The position numbers and the translations under genes are program-made. From Deltaproteobacteria bacterium (lineage in GTDB: Bacteria > Bdellovibrionota_C > UBA2361 > JANWWW01): a stretch of DNA of 64,000 bases. The notes beneath the pieces were generated by a model. The model was not told the origin of the DNA and ran no database searches. It saw nothing but the letters and a program-made list of their open reading frames with translations. The stretch is from NCBI GenBank assembly GCA_025055295.1, contig JANWWW010000001.1:1513-65512 (forward strand), read 5' to 3'. Below are positions 19,440 through 30,408 of this stretch, one piece after another. How positions within the stretch are numbered: the stretch's first letter is position 1; each line of letters opens with the position of its first letter.

Positions 19440-20015
19440 GTGTTTAGAAAACTGATTGATGTCCCGAAAGAAGTAATTATACGAGCTCAGCGAACAGCAT
19501 TTGTTTCAAAGTTCATAATACTGCGTGAGACAAAGATTTCCCCCGCTCATACTGTTATCGAAATGCTGACGTGGGAAGATAAGACAACCTATCTCGAGTT
19601 AGCGAACGCGTTTGAAAAAATTTTTAAAGTGACAGGACGAGATAAGACCTACCTTAAGGACATAAAAAAAGCGATAGAACATGCCAAGAACCTGTCTATC
19701 GCATTTGTGAATGAGTATGCCCGACGATCCGGGCTTTCTTTTCTCGAGTCGCTTATAGACTATGAGAAATCTATCTTCATACTTTTTGGACCAAATTATT
19801 TGAGCTCAATAATAGGCTGGTGTCCCGCATCAATTCTGGCCAGAAAATACGAACCAGTTCAACTGAGGAAACTATCGGAACATTTAAGGAAATTAAAAAA
19901 TTCAAGACACAAAAGAGGTAAAAATTTTCTGACTTGCTACCAAGCGGATAAACTTGTTTCCCACAAGGTTATAGGACCCCAAAAAGTTCTCGTACGAGCA
20001 AAACGGAAAGGATAA
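19440..20015 (+). CDS. Hypothetical basic protein
   Basis: It is an ORF only. Its 3' end overlaps the convergent 19902..20531 ORF by 114 nt, so one of the two ends is probably miscalled. Confidence 0.3.
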   Translation: MFRKLIDVPKEVIIRAQRTAFVSKFIILRETKISPAHTVIEMLTWEDKTTYLELANAFEKIFKVTGRDKTYLKDIKKAIEHAKNLSIAFVNEYARRSGLSFLESLIDYEKSIFILFGPNYLSSIIGWCPASILARKYEPVQLRKLSEHLRKLKNSRHKRGKNFLTCYQADKLVSHKVIGPQKVLVRAKRKG

Positions 20016-20531
20016 AAAATCGTCGATATCAAATTTTTTAAACGCAGATCCGCACATTAAAAAATTGTTTCTGTCCCACTTGTAAGGCAAAACATCGCTT
20101 CCGAATATTTGAGTTGAAATTTTTGAAAAAGAATTCCCTATCACCATGTTTTTTTGAAGGTAATTCAGGAAAACCGCCCTTCTTACGCCCAGGGCGTACT
20201 TAAATGGGGCATGATTTAAAAGATATGAGTCACCTATCTTCGTAAATTCGCAGCCAAAGGGATCTTTTATTTGAGTCGCTCTAATGAAATTCACCTCACA
20301 GTCTAGAATTTTGACGCTACCATATTCCAAAGATTTGTATTTTCGAAGGGGAACATGTAAAGACGAAATCAAAACATCAAAACAACCTGTATTGCGGGTG
20401 TCTGCAACAACGCAAAAAATTCTAGATGGCTTAAAAACATGAAGTCTTTCAAGTTGTTTTTCCAAAAAAGAATAAACTCCCCCATTTTTGAAAAACGCAT
20501 AAAAATGAGTATGAAAATCTACCAAAACCAT
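19902..20531 (-). CDS. Hypothetical protein, last gene of the membrane-protein operon
   Basis: It lies 1 nt downstream of the 466-aa membrane protein gene. The N-terminal 'VDFHTHF' is metal-binding-like (PHP/amidohydrolase style), but this is not diagnostic. Confidence 0.35.
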   Translation of the reverse strand: MVLVDFHTHFYAFFKNGGVYSFLEKQLERLHVFKPSRIFCVVADTRNTGCFDVLISSLHVPLRKYKSLEYGSVKILDCEVNFIRATQIKDPFGCEFTKIGDSYLLNHAPFKYALGVRRAVFLNYLQKNMVIGNSFSKISTQIFGSDVLPYKWDRNNFLMCGSAFKKFDIDDFLSFPFCSYENFLGSYNLVGNKFIRLVASQKIFTSFVS

Positions 20532-21932
20532 TTAATTGTAGTAAATGTCACTTATTATGAATGGGTGCTCCCATTTAGAACGAAGGTCGGATATCAAAAG
20601 ACTTGTGAGGTCTTTACAATTCAGCGAGAAAGTGATCCCGCTTAACTGAGCAAGCGCAACCGAGCGGTTTTTGTCTTTTAACTGCCTTAAATTGATTTGT
20701 TTCTGACAGTTGTTGTCTGGGCTTCTAACCATCAAAATAACGGGACGGTTTAGAGGTGAGGGCCACTCAATCCTAAGATGAGACACCGAAAGAGGTCTAC
20801 GGAAAACAAAAATCGTCTCCCCTTCCCCAATTCCAGACACTTTTACATGTTCCGGAAATTTTTTGGCAAATCCCACCTTTCCCAACACAACAGAATCTAT
20901 CTCGGCTATAAGATTATATCTAGGATAAAATTGACTTTCGATGAAATACGCGTCAAGTTTTTTTTTCGAATAAACCGGAGGGTCAAAAAAAACACAAAGA
21001 GAAATTATCCAAACACAAAGAGGATATACTTTTAAATTTAGTAAAAAATAAGCATTAATTGTTAAAAAAATATAAATCCATGAATTCGGAAACACTGGAT
21101 CCAAGAGTCTTTCCAAAGCGGTCACGGGAAGCACGGGGCCAAAAGTCTCGATTTTTGAAGAAAGCGATTCAGGGACAAACAGAAGGAAGAAAAATACAAG
21201 CAATTTTTGATTTATCTTCAAATCAAGCCATCGCAACAGCAAAAGACAAATGAAGACTATTAACAAACCATACTGGGGAAATACAAAATAGGAACTTAGA
21301 ATAATAATGTAAAGTATGCTTTTTAAAGTAACGCCTTCCTGAATAGTAGTGGTTATAACTGCAAAAATTGCGAAGAAACTGAATAAACCGCCGTAATCTA
21401 TCCTTTCAAAGTCATAAAAGGATTTTGACGAAAAGTAGAGTGGATCCCACCGCAATATTGCCGGGTCAGCCGGCATCATTCCAAAAACAGGCCTAATATG
21501 AAAGACATGCATAAAAGCCGCGCAAGTAAAGATGAGTAAAAGCTCCTTGAAAACCTGATTCTTCAAAAGTTTAAAACCTAAAAAACCAAGACTTAAGCAG
21601 TAGACCAGAAAACAATTATGTCCCACTAATAAAGACGATAGAACAAGTACTACTCGCCTTAAAGGCGACAAAACAGAAACATTATATAAGTATGAAACTA
21701 CAACTATGACCAAGGGGAGTAGCGAAAAACCAAAAAGATAAATCGTAATAAAGAATGCGCTCAAACTATTCAACAAGCCTGATTTATACACAACCAGAAG
21801 AACGAAAATGAATCCAACAACAACCAACACTCCAACTTGCCAAAAAGAGTTTAGCTCGTAAAAACCGCTAAAAGTGCCGTCAAAAATTTCGTGCGTGCTA
21901 ATATTAAACAGTTCTTTTAAGAAATCTATCAT
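20532..21932 (-). CDS. Polytopic integral membrane protein (466 aa) with a C-terminal soluble domain
   Basis: It has more than 10 predicted hydrophobic helices and a C-terminal region of roughly 130 aa. It overlaps the upstream gene by 4 nt. Confidence 0.5.
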   Translation of the reverse strand: MIDFLKELFNISTHEIFDGTFSGFYELNSFWQVGVLVVVGFIFVLLVVYKSGLLNSLSAFFITIYLFGFSLLPLVIVVVSYLYNVSVLSPLRRVVLVLSSLLVGHNCFLVYCLSLGFLGFKLLKNQVFKELLLIFTCAAFMHVFHIRPVFGMMPADPAILRWDPLYFSSKSFYDFERIDYGGLFSFFAIFAVITTTIQEGVTLKSILYIIILSSYFVFPQYGLLIVFICLLLLRWLDLKINQKLLVFFFLLFVPESLSSKIETFGPVLPVTALERLLDPVFPNSWIYIFLTINAYFLLNLKVYPLCVWIISLCVFFDPPVYSKKKLDAYFIESQFYPRYNLIAEIDSVVLGKVGFAKKFPEHVKVSGIGEGETIFVFRRPLSVSHLRIEWPSPLNRPVILMVRSPDNNCQKQINLRQLKDKNRSVALAQLSGITFSLNCKDLTSLLISDLRSKWEHPFIISDIYYN

Positions 21933-23941
21933 TTTTGAAGCGAATTAAAGATGCGTATTGAACCTCTACTACAGTTCCGGAGACCTATGAGAGTAAAACC
22001 ACTGACATCAACGGGAATTATTGCGTCGCACCCATCGACCTTTAGGTGTTTGTTAAAAGCGTACTTTACAGGTACAAACTCCTGGTCTTCGGGGAGATAA
22101 AATTCTATCTCGTTCAGTCTTACTTTAAGTGCTTCCGAGAAAGGAATTACGTGGCATGTACTCGCCCTTTTGAAAACCGAGAAGGGCCCAAAGTGAAATA
22201 CCCTTCTGTATTTATTCTTCTTAATCTTTGAGTTTTTTGAAATTATTCTTTTCCAAAAGCGTCGATTGGTAATTAAAAAATCTGGACAAATAGCGTCAAC
22301 GGCATTTTCAAACTTGTGCGTTTTCCTACCGTCCGCTACTGGCACGATCTCGATTGGTTTCCAGCTTCGATGAGTTGGGAAATAAGCAACGAACTCTTTT
22401 TTGACAAGATACGGAAGCACAGCCAGATGGCCACCGGAAAAATCATGAAGCATATGTCCAAGAAAAAGAAACCGTTTTTGATCCGAGTTGTTTGACCATT
22501 CAATAAATCTCAAATAAGGTTTTTCCAAAACCGAGAACGTGTCAAAACTGGCATTTTTAAAAACAAGTATTGTTTGTAAACACGACAATATCAACATTGA
22601 GGTAAGTAAACATTTGCAAAAATGATTTAATCTGCCAAAAATACTCGAAATATAAACAGCAGCTGGAACTGCCAAAGCAATACCCAAATGACTGGCAACA
22701 CGGGAAAGCTCAAGTTTAGGAAGGACAGAGCCAAATCCCAACGCCGCTACTAGATAACCAATTATTAGTAGCCGCACGCTATTTGACACATGTAAAAAAC
22801 CAAAAGGAACCGAGAAAAGTATTAAAGGATTTATCCCAAGAAGTGTGTTCCGTAGCAACTCTTTAATCCCATGATGAAAGACGTAGCCAGTATCTCTTGT
22901 AATTAACCATCTGTCGAAAAACTCTGAGTATATCAAGCCGTGAAAAATAGTAGCTATTGGCAGCGCTAAACTGGTTGCTAAAAGTACCACCAAGTTAATC
23001 GAAAACCCATTGAAAATAAGCACCTGAGCCAAAAGCGGAACCAAACACAGGATATTAAGAGGCCAAAAAGACCCTAAAAATAAACATATCCACAAAGCTA
23101 TTTTGCTTAAAGCAGTAGCATTTTTATTCCACGAAACTAGTATGCTCCCCGCAATCAAACAAAAATGCGCAGAAAAAATATAGCCAAGAGTTCCGTATTT
23201 TAAGCCCCAACGGAATAAATGCAAACTTGAACACAAGCCTAATATAAGAAAAATGAGCGTAGAAAATTTGTCAAATTTTAAAATTCTTGAGACTGTAAAA
23301 ACTGTCAAGAAACTCAGGACAAATACGATGAAGAAAACAAAAACATTGAAACTCTCGAACAAACCAAGAGGCCTAAAAAAATAAAATAACAATCCAACGG
23401 GAATACTCCCTGTAGCGAATATGTCAGTCCAATTAGTTCCCATATTCCAAAACGGATCATAAGAAGGTAAAAGAAAATTCGAGTTTAAAATTATGTTAAA
23501 ACGATAGTAAAAAGAGGGTAAATCATCCGAGAAAATTAATGTGTCCCCGACTGTCCTGAAATAGTTGTAACCCGAACCAAGTATTAACACTAAAACGAAG
23601 AATTTCAAAATTAGGTCTACAGGTGGTTTAAATACGAAAAACAAAGCAAGAAGGACTAAAAATTCCGCTACATAAAAGTAGTGACTAAAAAAAGCTTTTC
23701 CAGAAAACTGGTTGTGAGACAAAAGAAGTAAGAAAGGAAGAAAAATGATAGTGTTGGGACTAAAAGCAGGCTTTCCGCGCAGTAGCAGCAAACCAATTAA
23801 AATAGACAAACATCCCAGCAAACCGGTTTGACGAAACTGATCTGTAATGCCAAAGCTAAAAACTGGAAAATAAAGCCCCCCGCCCACTATTCCGTAGGTT
23901 ATTAAGCCGACTCCGATTGTCAGCAGAAATGAGCCCAGCAT
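21929..23941 (-). CDS. Polytopic integral membrane protein (670 aa) with a C-terminal soluble domain of roughly 200 aa (glycosyltransferase-C/YfhO-like architecture)
   Basis: The N-terminal roughly 460 aa are almost entirely hydrophobic helices. The C-terminal domain is hydrophilic. Confidence 0.5.
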   Translation of the reverse strand: MLGSFLLTIGVGLITYGIVGGGLYFPVFSFGITDQFRQTGLLGCLSILIGLLLLRGKPAFSPNTIIFLPFLLLLSHNQFSGKAFFSHYFYVAEFLVLLALFFVFKPPVDLILKFFVLVLILGSGYNYFRTVGDTLIFSDDLPSFYYRFNIILNSNFLLPSYDPFWNMGTNWTDIFATGSIPVGLLFYFFRPLGLFESFNVFVFFIVFVLSFLTVFTVSRILKFDKFSTLIFLILGLCSSLHLFRWGLKYGTLGYIFSAHFCLIAGSILVSWNKNATALSKIALWICLFLGSFWPLNILCLVPLLAQVLIFNGFSINLVVLLATSLALPIATIFHGLIYSEFFDRWLITRDTGYVFHHGIKELLRNTLLGINPLILFSVPFGFLHVSNSVRLLIIGYLVAALGFGSVLPKLELSRVASHLGIALAVPAAVYISSIFGRLNHFCKCLLTSMLILSCLQTILVFKNASFDTFSVLEKPYLRFIEWSNNSDQKRFLFLGHMLHDFSGGHLAVLPYLVKKEFVAYFPTHRSWKPIEIVPVADGRKTHKFENAVDAICPDFLITNRRFWKRIISKNSKIKKNKYRRVFHFGPFSVFKRASTCHVIPFSEALKVRLNEIEFYLPEDQEFVPVKYAFNKHLKVDGCDAIIPVDVSGFTLIGLRNCSRGSIRIFNSLQK

Positions 23942-23987
23942 CGTATCGTGTTTGATTAACGGTCATATATATGCTAAACTTTTAAAT

Positions 23988-24248
23988 ATGGAAACGGTAG
24001 CTGGAACTGAAGAAATTAGTTCAAGGGTAAGGAACATCATCGCGGAACAGCTCGGTGTTCCTTTGGAAAATATTAAAGACTCGTCTAGGTTTATGGACGA
24101 TTTGGGAGCAGACTCGCTTGATATCGTTGAGTTGATAATGGCGTTAGAAGAGCAGTTTGACCTTGAAATTTCAGATCAGGAAGCTGAAAAAATTCAGACA
24201 GTTGGGGACGCTATTGAATTTATTCAAAGAAAAAAATCAGAGGCTTAG
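23988..24248 (+). CDS. acpP: Acyl carrier protein
   Basis: 'IIAEQLGV...[42 protein letters not shown]' contains the DSL phosphopantetheine site. The start is likely the internal Met (METVAG...) and not the listed 23952. Confidence 0.8.
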   Translation: METVAGTEEISSRVRNIIAEQLGVPLENIKDSSRFMDDLGADSLDIVELIMALEEQFDLEISDQEAEKIQTVGDAIEFIQRKKSEA

Positions 24249-24723
24249 TTTAGTAATCGTGATTTAGGCTAAACCACTCTAGGTAGGGTAAAAAAGCTTT
24301 GATACCTCGTTGTTAGTTAAGGCAGGTACAAGGCTGATTAATCTTTCATTCATATAAAAAACTGAAACGACCGGGCGGTTTAGTATGGTAGGAGTATGAG
24401 CCTTTTCCGAAAATTTGGCTTTAATACAATACAGGAAAAAATTTAACCTTTCTTAATAAGATACTGCTGTTACTTTATCTAAAATACCAACAAGCCAGCT
24501 AATTCATAATAAGAAAAACAGCAGACTTTTTCAAATTTCGTCAAATTTTAATTTTGGTAATCCCGAAACTTTCAAAACATAATTTCTTGTACAACCAAAA
24601 CGAAAAGCTATCTTCCAGAGTCTGAGAAAGATTGCGAGTACAGTACTAACGCTTCAAAAGTTCTGCACACTCAAATTCTTTATAAAAACTATCCAAAATA
24701 AATCTAATCAAAGCTTACGTTTT

Positions 24724-25764
24724 TCATTTTATAAAAACCCGAACGCTATTGACCTTGTTAATCCTAACGGCATACCCCAGCCTTGCTATATCTGCTATGC
24801 CGCGCGCCATAAATAGCTGATTTCCGCATCTATACTCCGCATACATTTCAAAAATTTTAGTTTCTGTGGTCGTTGAGTTGCTTAGCTTTTGTGCTATTTC
24901 CTGATTTGCAATCAACTGTTCAAGTTGTTTTAATTTCTGAAACTGATTAAAAGGGCCGTCTAAAGATACTCTAAATTCAAGAATATTTTTGAGGTCGATT
25001 GAATCAATCTGTGGTACTAGCGCCCTGATTACAAGATCAGGGGCTGAATTAATGTCTATGTTCGTTGGGTTCAATTCCGAAAGTCTTACAAATGGCATAA
25101 TTCTAACAATACGGTCTGCTGTGAAACCTGGGACACTCAGCAATTCATTAAAATCTGTAGGTTTAAAATTCCCAAATAACTCGTACCCATATTCGGACTC
25201 AAAGCCATCGCATTCGTCTAGCTTGACGGACGAGTTATCATAGTCTATGAAATCAACTAAGCTTGCTACCGTCTTGCATGAATCTAAGGCGAATTCCCTT
25301 CCTTTGTCGTCAAACCAAACCTGTCCGTCATTGTCAAAACCAAGCAGTCTGAACAACCTGATAAGCATTTCGGCTCTTTCCTGAATTACGGAAGTTAGTG
25401 GCACTACTGAGTTTAACGGAATTTTTCCTTCGGATGGAATAATTTGCAATTTAAGCTCGCAACCCTCTTCCGACAATTTTAAATCATTCCGCGCAAAAAA
25501 TTGGCTCAAATTGGCGCTTTTCCTAAAAGGTATCCATAAGTCATTGTGATAATCAATTTCGCGCGAATTGTCCTCCATCAACAACTGCTCGGCAAAATTC
25601 AAGGCTGAGTTCAGTTGCAATAAAGCTTTATTTGAATTAATATACTCAGATATTGTGAGGCTGGCATGATAGGCTTTTAGCAAGAACATAGCATAAATGA
25701 ATGAAAGAACAAGAAACAGGCTTGTAACAACCAGTAAAACCACTCCTCTCTGCGAGTATTTCAC
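24724..25764 (-). CDS. GspK-like minor pseudopilin (type II secretion / type IV pilus-like)
   Basis: The N-terminus 'KYSQRGVVLLVVTSLFLVLSFIYAMFL' resembles the GspK 'QRGVALLVVLL' signature. The size (346 aa) fits GspK. Confidence 0.45.
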   Translation of the reverse strand: MKYSQRGVVLLVVTSLFLVLSFIYAMFLLKAYHASLTISEYINSNKALLQLNSALNFAEQLLMEDNSREIDYHNDLWIPFRKSANLSQFFARNDLKLSEEGCELKLQIIPSEGKIPLNSVVPLTSVIQERAEMLIRLFRLLGFDNDGQVWFDDKGREFALDSCKTVASLVDFIDYDNSSVKLDECDGFESEYGYELFGNFKPTDFNELLSVPGFTADRIVRIMPFVRLSELNPTNIDINSAPDLVIRALVPQIDSIDLKNILEFRVSLDGPFNQFQKLKQLEQLIANQEIAQKLSNSTTTETKIFEMYAEYRCGNQLFMARGIADIARLGYAVRINKVNSVRVFIK

Positions 25765-27255
25765 TTAAAATTTTCGTCCAATTACCTCAACGAAGAAAAT
25801 CGCACCGAAAGATACTGCGTAAATCACCGAATATATTATCAGTCGACCAAATGCCGAAAAATCAGACAAATCAACCGAAATTATCGAAAAGATACCAATT
25901 AAGCTCGCAAGAAGTGGCCATATCATATCAAATAGATTGCCTAAGAATGCGGATAATCCCATGGAAGCAAAACCCAAAAATAAAAAATAGAACACCGTGC
26001 TAATGCTTAGCGCAAGTGCCAAAAACTGAATGTCTTTATCAAGTTCTGTGAACCAGGTTTTTAAGGAAATACTGTTGCTTTCCAAAAGAAAAGTCGAAAC
26101 TATTAATATGACAAATACACATAATTGAAAAGCTAGAGCTAAAAGGTTAATTTTATGTTTGCCTTCTGCATAAAGGTATCGGGATATCACCAATCCGGTT
26201 ATGCCAAAAGGAAGGCCGTATAGAAGGCATCTTAAGGTCTTGGCTATACTTGCTACATTCTCTTGTGACAATGCCCATGAACCGTAAACTATACTGACCA
26301 AAAGATCAGACACCCCTATCAAAAGACCTGCAAAAAAAAATCCCAGCCTCGATGCCAAGTAAAAAGCTTTTTTTAGTATCGCTAGGTTTTCTTTCATTTT
26401 TCCTACCACGAAATATGATAGCGAAACATGAGCCAGAGAAACACCTATGATACCGTATGGTATCTGATACAGCCTGTCAGCATAGTTTAAAGTGGCTATA
26501 CTTCCCTGTTCAAAAAAGGAGGCTGTAATCGTGCTCACAAAAACAAGCAGTTGATAAAATGTTGAAATTAAAAGACCAATTGCAAAAAACCCGATGAATT
26601 CTTTACACAGACTTTTAATCTGATCAAACTTAAATGGACTAAAAAATTTTCTAAGCAGCAGCAAGCTAATGATAATGAAAACCACTGACAAAACGAAGGT
26701 TACTGTAACTAAACCTTGAAATGTTTCATAAGGCTCTTGTCTACCATAAATTAAATAAAGCGCAAAACACAAATTAAGGGCAATCTGAACAAAAGCTGCA
26801 AAACCAAATTTTTTATAGTAACTTAGAACATTATTTAGGACGAGAACGACTGTCATACATACAAGATACCAAGACACAAAACACAGACCTGACGAGGCCA
26901 AATAGTAAGTTTCTATACTAAGGCCGGGAGCAATGAGACTGATCCATGTCTTGGGGAAAACGCACATGGAAAAGGCAATTAAGCATGAACAACAAATTAA
27001 GAAAAATAAAGCAAAGGTAACATATTTTTTAAGCAAACCCGCCTGCTCCGCTTTTTTCATCACGGGAAGTAGAGCGTTTGAAGCGGCTCCTTCGGCAAAG
27101 ACACTTCTAAACAGGTTTGGTATCCTGAATGCGACCAAGAAAGCATCTGCGTAAATGGAAGTTCCAAAAACTCTGGCGAAAGCTACCTCTCGAAAGAAGC
27201 CTGTTATTCTGCTAATCGCATTAAGGCCAGTAAGTTTGAAGATATCCTTGAACAT
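25765..27255 (-). CDS. murJ: Lipid II flippase MurJ (MviN)
   Basis: 'ISRITGFFREVAFARVFGTSIYADAFLVAFRIPNLFRSVFAEGAASNALLPV' matches the MurJ N-terminal consensus (SRxLGxxRDxxxAxxFGA...DAFxVAFxIPNxxRRLFAEGAFSQAFVPV). It has 14 or more transmembrane segments. Confidence 0.75.
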   Translation of the reverse strand: MFKDIFKLTGLNAISRITGFFREVAFARVFGTSIYADAFLVAFRIPNLFRSVFAEGAASNALLPVMKKAEQAGLLKKYVTFALFFLICCSCLIAFSMCVFPKTWISLIAPGLSIETYYLASSGLCFVSWYLVCMTVVLVLNNVLSYYKKFGFAAFVQIALNLCFALYLIYGRQEPYETFQGLVTVTFVLSVVFIIISLLLLRKFFSPFKFDQIKSLCKEFIGFFAIGLLISTFYQLLVFVSTITASFFEQGSIATLNYADRLYQIPYGIIGVSLAHVSLSYFVVGKMKENLAILKKAFYLASRLGFFFAGLLIGVSDLLVSIVYGSWALSQENVASIAKTLRCLLYGLPFGITGLVISRYLYAEGKHKINLLALAFQLCVFVILIVSTFLLESNSISLKTWFTELDKDIQFLALALSISTVFYFLFLGFASMGLSAFLGNLFDMIWPLLASLIGIFSIISVDLSDFSAFGRLIIYSVIYAVSFGAIFFVEVIGRKF

Positions 27256-28356
27256 TCACTTCATACTGCAATTTTTTGCGAGCTTGAAATACTCTGAATG
27301 AACGTCAACTCTTCTAGATAAAACGTTTTGATTGGAGTCCAGCACCTGGGAAAAAGGCATTAACTGGGTTTCTTGCCATTCCCGAAAAACAATTCCACTC
27401 AACCCCATTTCAATAAACTTCACTGCCCCCCACCCCAATGTAAATCCGTATTCAACGTCATACGCCAAAGGTCTGGCACCCCTGAGTTCAAATCCAAGAT
27501 CCTTGTGTATAAAGATTTGATCTCTGTAACTTTTTTTTAATTCATGAACAATCAAATCCCCTACCGGAAATTCTCTGTACTGGTATCTGCCAAATTGGTC
27601 TCTCGGCGCATTAGACAAAATGCTGTCATCTAATTTTGACAAAATTCCTTCCGCTACGATGTAAACACCCCAGCCTTTTCCCGCCCGCATTCTGGTTTCA
27701 ATCACGTTCATCACGGCGTCCACTACCTGAGCTAGACTGACCTGCGCCGAGAACTCCTCCGGTATTAGTAATCCCTGAGCTCCCGAAGAAATGGTAACAC
27801 CCGCAGACAAAAAACCCGTGTTTCGTCCCATGCAAGTCACGATGAACCATCGTTCAGAACTTGAAGCATCGTTTATCATGGTCTGAACCAATTCAGAACC
27901 GACATTCCTAGCAGTTGAAAAACCCAGTGTGGGCGCAAAATTTGGTAAGGGCAGATCGTTGTCGATTGTTTTCGGGCAAACAACAATATTGATATTTTCA
28001 AATCTCTGTTTTATCTGGTTTGATAGAAATGTAGAACCATCGCCTCCAATAACTACAATTCCTCGGATGGCCATTTCATCCAAAAATTCTTCAAAGTTTC
28101 TTAAAGCATGACTGTCAATCAAAGGGTTAGTTCTCGAACACAAAATGTAAGATCCACCTTGAAATTGAATTTCGCTGATAAGATCGCTGGAAAATTTTAC
28201 GACATCTCTTCTCCAGTCTTCAAAAAAGGATTTAAAACTATGCTTTAAACCCACAACTTCAACCCCTTTAATGCAACAATGATGGTAAATTCCCGCCAAA
28301 CAGGCATTAATGCCAGGCCCTGGACCCCCACTGACGAATACTCCCAAAGACTTCAC
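27256..28356 (-). CDS. pfk: 6-phosphofructokinase
   Basis: It has 'VSGGPGPGINA', 'GGDGS', 'PKTIDNDL' and 'MGRNTGFLS', which are the PFK family motifs GGxxxGxNA, GGDGS, PxTIDND and MGR. Confidence 0.8.
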   Translation of the reverse strand: MKSLGVFVSGGPGPGINACLAGIYHHCCIKGVEVVGLKHSFKSFFEDWRRDVVKFSSDLISEIQFQGGSYILCSRTNPLIDSHALRNFEEFLDEMAIRGIVVIGGDGSTFLSNQIKQRFENINIVVCPKTIDNDLPLPNFAPTLGFSTARNVGSELVQTMINDASSSERWFIVTCMGRNTGFLSAGVTISSGAQGLLIPEEFSAQVSLAQVVDAVMNVIETRMRAGKGWGVYIVAEGILSKLDDSILSNAPRDQFGRYQYREFPVGDLIVHELKKSYRDQIFIHKDLGFELRGARPLAYDVEYGFTLGWGAVKFIEMGLSGIVFREWQETQLMPFSQVLDSNQNVLSRRVDVHSEYFKLAKNCSMK

Positions 28357-28413
28357 AATAGCTTTACGGCAAAAATTTTTTTAGAATTAATATTATCAGA
28401 CTAATTAATTTGA

Positions 28414-29148
28414 GTGCCAGAAATAAAAGTTGAAACCAATCGCTATAAGACTCGAGGACTGGCAGGGTTGATATGCTTAACCTTTGGTGAGGTTTCCACG
28501 ATTGCTCGTGTTCCGAAAGAGATTAAGCGTGCCGTTAAATCTATGAAAATAGTTCAAGATTTACTTATTACGATCTTAAACATGATGAGACAATCCAAAT
28601 TAAGGGATCGAGATTTATTTGATGCTGTCTCGTCCGCAAACACAATTTTGAACCAACTTGCTAGCACATTGGAAAATATATTGTCGTCAGGAAGAATTGA
28701 CCTAGCCATAATTTCTCAACTTGATAATGAAATCAAACAGCTTGAGCGAATAGCTAAAGGCACGGATCTTTGGAACAGGATCAAGCGTTTATTAGAGAAA
28801 CTTTGCGTTTGGATTGCAAGGTTTGAAAATGCTTTAGACGCTGTCGACGAAGAAAGTGTGCAAAATTTCAATGATCGTTTTAAATTCTCAGACGAAAACA
28901 ACAAACTCAGCTTCAGAGTAGGCGGGGAAATTTTTTCAAAAACCAAAAAAAAAGTATCAGGCTGTAAAATTTCTGGAGGGATTTTCGGCGTTGTTTTGTC
29001 CGATCAAGAAGGTAGGTATGAATTAATGATTCCTAAAGGTTTTAGATTTTTCATCTGTCCTCAGTGTTTGTCAGACCCTTTGTTTTATTCGGGGACAGCA
29101 GATAACGACCAAACGAATCTAAATTTTGATTTACTAGACACAAAGTAG
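28414..29148 (+). CDS. Hypothetical protein
   Basis: It is an ORF only. No recognisable motif was found. Confidence 0.35.
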   Translation: MPEIKVETNRYKTRGLAGLICLTFGEVSTIARVPKEIKRAVKSMKIVQDLLITILNMMRQSKLRDRDLFDAVSSANTILNQLASTLENILSSGRIDLAIISQLDNEIKQLERIAKGTDLWNRIKRLLEKLCVWIARFENALDAVDEESVQNFNDRFKFSDENNKLSFRVGGEIFSKTKKKVSGCKISGGIFGVVLSDQEGRYELMIPKGFRFFICPQCLSDPLFYSGTADNDQTNLNFDLLDTK

Positions 29149-30100
29149 CTTTTGAGCTACGTGTGACATACATGTCTGCGTTTTCAAAATGATTTTGTAA
29201 ATACGCCTGTTTCTATAGCAGCGATATTTCGATACACAAAGTTTTTAAAAAGTACCGTCTGAAAAGACGCAATTGGGAAAAAGATTAGTTCAACAGCAGG
29301 TAGCAACAATCAAAAAAGATTAGTCCATACTTAAAAAATGGATTTAGATGATAAGTTCTAATATGTTTTGAATAGCCCTCAAGCTTAGGATATCGTCACT
29401 TTTTATCGCTCTCGGAAAACTCTCTACCCAAGATCGTTATCTAGTGGGATAGTTCCTTTGAACACTACTTAACCCACACACTGGTTGTCACAATATTCGT
29501 CTCCCTTGCCTAAATATTTATACCTTGTTCCAGCACTGATGTTCCCATGCAAGATGGCATACTGCTCCATGACGACAGTAAAATTAATAGATAAATACCA
29601 AAGGCGTCTAGATACAATCGTTGTTTCCCTTAACGCATTTTCTTGTCAAGACCCGGCAAACTATACCTTTTCAAAATTGCGCAGATATAATCTCCCAAGA
29701 TTACATACACTTACCTTATCCATTATCATGAGCAGGTGAGTGCAGTTTCTTGATCCTCGGCTTTAAATATTGACACGTCTTGGGGGACGGGGGGGCAAAA
29801 TTAGACACGCCTCTAGAGACTTTTGCGCCATTGAAGTATTCGATAAAACCGTTACTCTTTATTAATTTCTTTAATAATTTCTTTTTATTACCTTATATCC
29901 ATTCGTAACAAGCCAGGCCGACACGCGTTATAGATGAACTATTGTTTTAAGAGTTTTACAATTATTCGAGCATACTTGAATTTAGCATGTGGGTATATCT
30001 TTCGAGACAATTTGAAATCCAAATAATTTTAGACAGATTTATTCCCAAAGCCAAGGGAACAAAAAAGTTACAAACGAATATAACTGCCCCTTAAGACTAA

Positions 30101-30379
30101 TCACTTCTCTGGGAATACTTTCAAAACTTTATTTAATTTCTGACTTGCATCACGTAAGATAGTACCCTTAGGACTGCACACCATCCAACTGGAATGAGCT
30201 TGTTTAATTAATTCGCTTAGTCTAGAACAAGCCTGATCGACCTTTTCTGTAATTAGTATATTAACTCCTTTTCTGGTTCCACCAAGGTATGGGCAGTTTT
30301 GTCTTCGTGCTGTATCTTGTAAAACTAGAATTTTTTCTTTATGTTTGAAAATTGTCCACTGGAAGATGGAGATCTTCAA
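30101..30379 (-). pseudogene. Short ORF that may be a tyrosine-recombinase/integrase fragment
   Basis: 'GGTRKGVNILITEKVDQ...WMVCSPKGTIL' loosely resembles the integrase 'tKtgK.R.vPl....' segment between box I and HxxR. No catalytic residues are present. It sits at the edge of a 1.26 kb gene-free region. Confidence 0.15.
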
Positions 30380-30408
30380 AAATATGAGCCCTTAATAGTG
30401 ACTCGACG

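Noticed and set aside
24380-24400. Partial palindrome CTGAAACGACCGGGCGGTTTAG in the acpP-gspK spacer
   Set aside because: The arms are not actually complementary (CGTTTCAG versus CGGTTTAG), so it is not a hairpin.
29782-29797. G-tract GGGGGACGGGGGGG resembling the tmRNA 3' tRNA-like 'GGACGGGGG' element, and a possible G-quadruplex
   Set aside because: No TTCGAATCC T-loop or CCA-proximal acceptor follows on either strand. Only two G-runs are present, so it is neither a tmRNA nor a G4.
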